A stretch of DNA of 64,000 bases, taken from Escherichia coli. GTDB taxonomy: Bacteria > Pseudomonadota > Gammaproteobacteria > Enterobacterales > Enterobacteriaceae. The notes beneath the pieces were generated by a model that worked only from the letters and a program-made list of their open reading frames with translations, was not told the origin of the DNA and did no database searches. The position numbers and the translations under genes are program-made. Positions 60,396-64,000 of the stretch are shown here, piece by piece. The stretch lies in the NCBI RefSeq assembly GCF_003018255.1, contig NZ_CP027440.1; one strand, 5' to 3'. How positions within the stretch are numbered: the first letter of the stretch is position 1; each line of letters starts with the position of its first letter.

Positions 60396-61439
60396 TTAAC
60401 GGGTGATCCACAACGTGGGCCAGGCGTCTGGCCCATGCCAGTTATCGCAGGTGGGTTCTGCGGCGTAACGCACCAGGCGAAAAAGCTGACCGTCAAAGCG
60501 CCAGCGCGCCTGAATGCCACAATCGCTTAATCCGCGCCCTTTCGCTAAGGTCACCAGTTCACGCGATTTTTCATCGAATGTTGCGTTCATCAGTTCCAGT
60601 TCATTCGTCTCCTGACCGCTGTTGAACGGCAAACGTAACCGAACCGGGCGCGAGGCCAGTGGCTTTTTACGCGACACAATCCATGCCAAATCAATGGTGT
60701 TATAGGCCCCTGCCTCACAGCTAATCATCATCAGCGCTTTATCATCGGTCAGCGCAGTGACATTCACCTCTCGACGCAATGGATCAAGCGAGCAGCGCAG
60801 ACCATTCATCCGCCAGTTTCCATAATCCAGCAAATCGTTGCGTTCTTCGAGTGAGAGTGGCGTCGGCGTTGGGTTAACCACCGCGACCTCTTTCAGCGCA
60901 GGCGCGGGCGGTACGCTGAGCGGCGGTTCATCCCCTTTCTTTATCCACGCGGTTTCACTGCCAACGCGCTTTTGCTGAGCATCTATAAACAACAACGCCG
61001 CTTTTAAGCCACTCAGAGAAATAGTCTGATTGCCGTCGCGTAAGGTGATCGCCCTCCCTTCCTGAATCATCTGCAAAAACGCGGTGATGGTTGCCGTATC
61101 ATCGGTTACTAATAACCATGGTGAAATCCGCCACTTGTCACCACTTAACGCCAACGGCTCACCATCTAACAGCAGCCGTGGCGCTATCTCCCCTTCAGAC
61201 GCATCCGGCGACTTCAACCCGCCGCGCTCAATACGTAAAACGGCATCGGTATGCGCCCCGGCGCTGCGGCTCAGGGTCATCACCAGTCCGTTATGATCGC
61301 CCGTATTACGCGCCACGCAGAAGTTTTGGTTATTACAGGTGACCTGCCAGTCGGAAAACGCCCGTTGCGCTGGTGCCGCCCACACCAAAGACGTCGGCAA
61401 CAAAGCGAAAAAAAAGAGAAGGAAAATGCGATAGCGCAT
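60396..61439 (-). CDS. ypfG: DUF1176-family secreted protein YpfG (347 aa)
   Basis: ORF-track; signal peptide MRYRIFLLFFFALLPTSLVWA. Confidence 0.85.
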   Translation of the reverse strand: MRYRIFLLFFFALLPTSLVWAAPAQRAFSDWQVTCNNQNFCVARNTGDHNGLVMTLSRSAGAHTDAVLRIERGGLKSPDASEGEIAPRLLLDGEPLALSGDKWRISPWLLVTDDTATITAFLQMIQEGRAITLRDGNQTISLSGLKAALLFIDAQQKRVGSETAWIKKGDEPPLSVPPAPALKEVAVVNPTPTPLSLEERNDLLDYGNWRMNGLRCSLDPLRREVNVTALTDDKALMMISCEAGAYNTIDLAWIVSRKKPLASRPVRLRLPFNSGQETNELELMNATFDEKSRELVTLAKGRGLSDCGIQARWRFDGQLFRLVRYAAEPTCDNWHGPDAWPTLWITR

Positions 61440-61564
61440 GGACGGTACGACCCCAGAAGTTCAAACAAACAGCACAAGTCGTATCTTCGTTGCGCAGGTA
61501 GCGCGGCTCAATCGGATTTATCGGATTGAGCCAATAATAAACAACGAAATATTATTGTTATTTT

Positions 61565-62140
61565 TCAGTCCATTAAATGTGACATTTGCAAATAGTTAAG
61601 CAATAACACCGTCTTACCGTCACGTATCTCGCCAGTTTTGATCATCTCCAGCGCCTTGTTGAACGGCAGCTCGAGCACTTCAATATCTTCATCTTCGACA
61701 CCACCGCCGGCGTTAGCGCGCTGGCTGTCACTGTATTCGGCGATAAAGAAGTGGATTAGCTCAGTCACACCGCCTGGCGACATATACAGTTCAAATAATT
61801 TGCGCACTTCGCCAACTTCATAACCCGTCTCTTCAATCGCTTCTTTACGAATACACACTTCCGGTTCGTCGTTATCCAGCAGCCCGGCGCAGGTTTCAAT
61901 CAGTTGCCCGCTTTCATTGCCATTAACCCAGGTAGCGACGCGGAACTGGCGAATCAGAACCACGGTCTTTTTCTTCGCGTTGTACAGGAGGATCGTTGCA
62001 CCATTACCGCGATCGTAAACTTCACGTTTATGGCGGATAACTTCGCCATCTTTGCGCGTGAGATCGTAAGTAATGTTGTGCAGGGTGAAATAGTTATCGG
62101 AGAGAATTTTGTCTTTAATGAGGGTGATTTGTTGCGTCAT
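61565..62140 (-). CDS. nudK: GDP-mannose pyrophosphatase NudK (191 aa), Nudix hydrolase
   Basis: ORF-track frame 61565..62167; start placed at ATG 62140 ([27 protein letters not shown]...); Nudix box [22 protein letters not shown]. Confidence 0.9.
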   Translation of the reverse strand: MTQQITLIKDKILSDNYFTLHNITYDLTRKDGEVIRHKREVYDRGNGATILLYNAKKKTVVLIRQFRVATWVNGNESGQLIETCAGLLDNDEPEVCIRKEAIEETGYEVGEVRKLFELYMSPGGVTELIHFFIAEYSDSQRANAGGGVEDEDIEVLELPFNKALEMIKTGEIRDGKTVLLLNYLQMSHLMD

Positions 62141-62207
62141 ACCGACTCCACAGCGCGAAATGAACAATTATCTTACGCTGTGAAGCCGGGTTTGTCTGCG
62201 CAGGCTA

Positions 62208-64000
62208 TCAGTGAGATTTGACTGATTTTACCCCCAGCCAGTCAATAATCCCCTGTGCCGCATGACGTCCTTCTGCCATTGCGGTAACCACCAGATCCGC
62301 ACCACGCACGGCGTCACCACCGGCGAAGATTTTCGGATTGGTGGTCTGGTAACGGTACTGGCTTTCCACATCCGCGATGATGCGGCCCCATTTGTCTACC
62401 GTTACACCGTGCGACTCCAGCCACGGCATCCCGTGCGGATTGAAGCCAAACGCCATAATCACCGCATCGGCTGGCATGACAAATTCACTGCCTTCCACCG
62501 GCACTGGACGCCGACGCCCCTGGGCATCCGGCTCGCCAAGACGCGTGCGCAGGAAACGAATCCCGCAGACGTGACCTTGTTCATTCAGTTCAAGCGCCAC
62601 CGGCTGGACGTTAAATTCGAAGTTGGCCCCCTCTTCACGGGCGTTCTTCACCTCTTTCTTCGAGCCTGGCATGTTAGCTTCATCACGACGATAAGCGCAG
62701 GTGACGTTACTCGCGCCGTGGCGCAGCGCAGTACGCACACAGTCCATCGCGGTGTCGCCGCCGCCCAGTACCACGACGTTAAGTCCGGCAGTATTGATAA
62801 ACGGCTCTTCCGGTAGCTCTTCGAGTCCCATCACCTGTTTAGTATTGGCGATGAGGAACGGCAGCGCGTCATAAACGCCCGGCGCATCTTCATTGGGTAA
62901 ACCCGCTTTCATGGAGCGGTAAGTGCCTACGCCAACGAAGACCGCGTCGTATTGTTCCAAAAGCGAATTCAAAGAGACATCTTTACCCACTTCACAATTG
63001 AGTTCGAAGTGAATCCCCATCGCGCTGAAGATTTCCCGACGGCGTGCCAGCAGGGATTTATCCAGTTTGAAAGAAGGAATGCCGAAAGTGAGCAAGCCAC
63101 CGATTTCTGGATGGCGATCGTACACCGTCACCTCTACGCCATTGCGGGTCAAAACATCCGCACAGGCCAGCCCTGCCGGACCCGCACCGATAATCGCCAC
63201 CCGCTTGTCCACTTTGGTGACATGGCTTAAGTCAGGACGCCAACCTTTCGCCAACGCCTGATCTGAAATGTAGCGTTCAATGTTACCGATAGTTACTGCG
63301 CCGTGCTCATCGCGAATAGTACAGGCACCTTCACACAAACGGTCTTGCGGGCAAACGCGTCCGGTAATTTCCGGCAGGGTGTTGGTCTGGTGAGAAAGCT
63401 CGACGGCGGCGTCGATGTTTCCGGCTTTCACCAGTTCAATCCACTGCGGTATATGGTTATGCAGCGGGCAGGTCCATTCACAAACGCTGTGCTCGCCGCA
63501 CTTAAGGCAGCGCGAGGCTTCCCGTTGTACCTGATCGGCACGGAATGGCAGATAAATTTCATCAAAACCGGTTTTGCGCGCTTCAATCGCCAGTTTATCT
63601 GGCTCGCCACGCGCGGGCGTTGCCTGCATTTGCTCGACTTTACTCATTACCGGCATTTCTTGCGCCGCGGTACTGGCATGCCACGGTTGATGTTCCTGAC
63701 GTGCGGTACGCAAGCGGCGGGATTTCGCCATGCCTGAGAGTGCGGCGTCAGTGACCAGTTGCAGCGCGTCCGCTGGGCAATTCTCGACACAAGCAGGACC
63801 GTTTTCGCGCCCTGCACAAAGGTCGCATTTATGCGCCGTGGCTTTTACTTTTCCTGCCGCGACGGGGGTCAGGACGATTTGCATCGTACCAAATGGACAG
63901 GCCACCACGCAGGATTTACAGCCAATACACTTTTGCTGATTGACCTGAATGCTGTCATCAACGTGGCTGATTGCGCCATTAGGGCAGCTACGGGCGCAGG
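62208..64000 (-). CDS. aegA: Putative Fe-S/FAD oxidoreductase AegA, C-terminal part (gene continues upstream beyond the window end)
   Basis: ORF-track 62208..63908 begins at an internal GTG; the same frame stays open to position 64000 (...CARSCPNGAISHVDDSIQVNQQKCIGCKSCVVACPFGTMQ...), i.e. ferredoxin-like Cys clusters followed by a GltD-like FAD/NAD(P) domain. Confidence 0.85.
   Translation of the reverse strand, partial: CARSCPNGAISHVDDSIQVNQQKCIGCKSCVVACPFGTMQIVLTPVAAGKVKATAHKCDLCAGRENGPACVENCPADALQLVTDAALSGMAKSRRLRTARQEHQPWHASTAAQEMPVMSKVEQMQATPARGEPDKLAIEARKTGFDEIYLPFRADQVQREASRCLKCGEHSVCEWTCPLHNHIPQWIELVKAGNIDAAVELSHQTNTLPEITGRVCPQDRLCEGACTIRDEHGAVTIGNIERYISDQALAKGWRPDLSHVTKVDKRVAIIGAGPAGLACADVLTRNGVEVTVYDRHPEIGGLLTFGIPSFKLDKSLLARRREIFSAMGIHFELNCEVGKDVSLNSLLEQYDAVFVGVGTYRSMKAGLPNEDAPGVYDALPFLIANTKQVMGLEELPEEPFINTAGLNVVVLGGGDTAMDCVRTALRHGASNVTCAYRRDEANMPGSKKEVKNAREEGANFEFNVQPVALELNEQGHVCGIRFLRTRLGEPDAQGRRRPVPVEGSEFVMPADAVIMAFGFNPHGMPWLESHGVTVDKWGRIIADVESQYRYQTTNPKIFAGGDAVRGADLVVTAMAEGRHAAQGIIDWLGVKSVKSH

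Noticed and set aside
63906-63908. GTG start codon reported for aegA
   Set aside because: The reading frame continues without a stop to the window edge and encodes the ferredoxin-like N-terminal region of AegA; the gene is truncated by the window, not initiated here.

Overview
This window reads as a contiguous stretch of Escherichia coli core chromosome, and I found no evidence of a novel or undescribed system. Every ORF of 60 aa or more is accounted for by a known E. coli protein, identified by reading the ORF-track translations and recalling the proteins (no database search was run). Gene order is mntH(partial)-nupC-pdeA-alaXW-yfeCD-gltX-valUXY/lysV-xapRBA-yfeN-yfeR-yfeH-ypeB-ligA-zipA-cysZ-cysK-ptsHI-crr-pdxK-yfeK-cysM-cysAWUP-ucpA-murR-murQP-yfeW-yfeXYZ-ypeA-amiA-hemF-eutRKLCBAHGJENMDTQPS-maeB-talA-tktB-ypfG-nudK-aegA(partial). 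The window holds six tRNA genes (2 Ala, 3 Val, 1 Lys), several hairpin/T-run terminators, a REP element and a 3x100-bp BIME array. The complete 17-gene ethanolamine-utilisation (eut) microcompartment operon is uninterrupted: the CPZ-55 prophage that splits eutB/eutA in K-12, and the K-12 IS5 copy between nupC and pdeA, are both absent (both from memory of the K-12 map), so this is a non-K-12 E. coli background. The observations most worth a second look are two homopolymer-associated deviations from canonical protein ends (a likely +1 frameshift at the eutB 3' end and loss of the eutR stop codon), a 52-codon hydrophobic small ORF between xapB and xapR, a perfect 26-bp palindrome upstream of the eut operon, and a 12-bp in-frame tandem repeat in the zipA linker. 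No CRISPR arrays, integrases, transposases or phage genes were seen.
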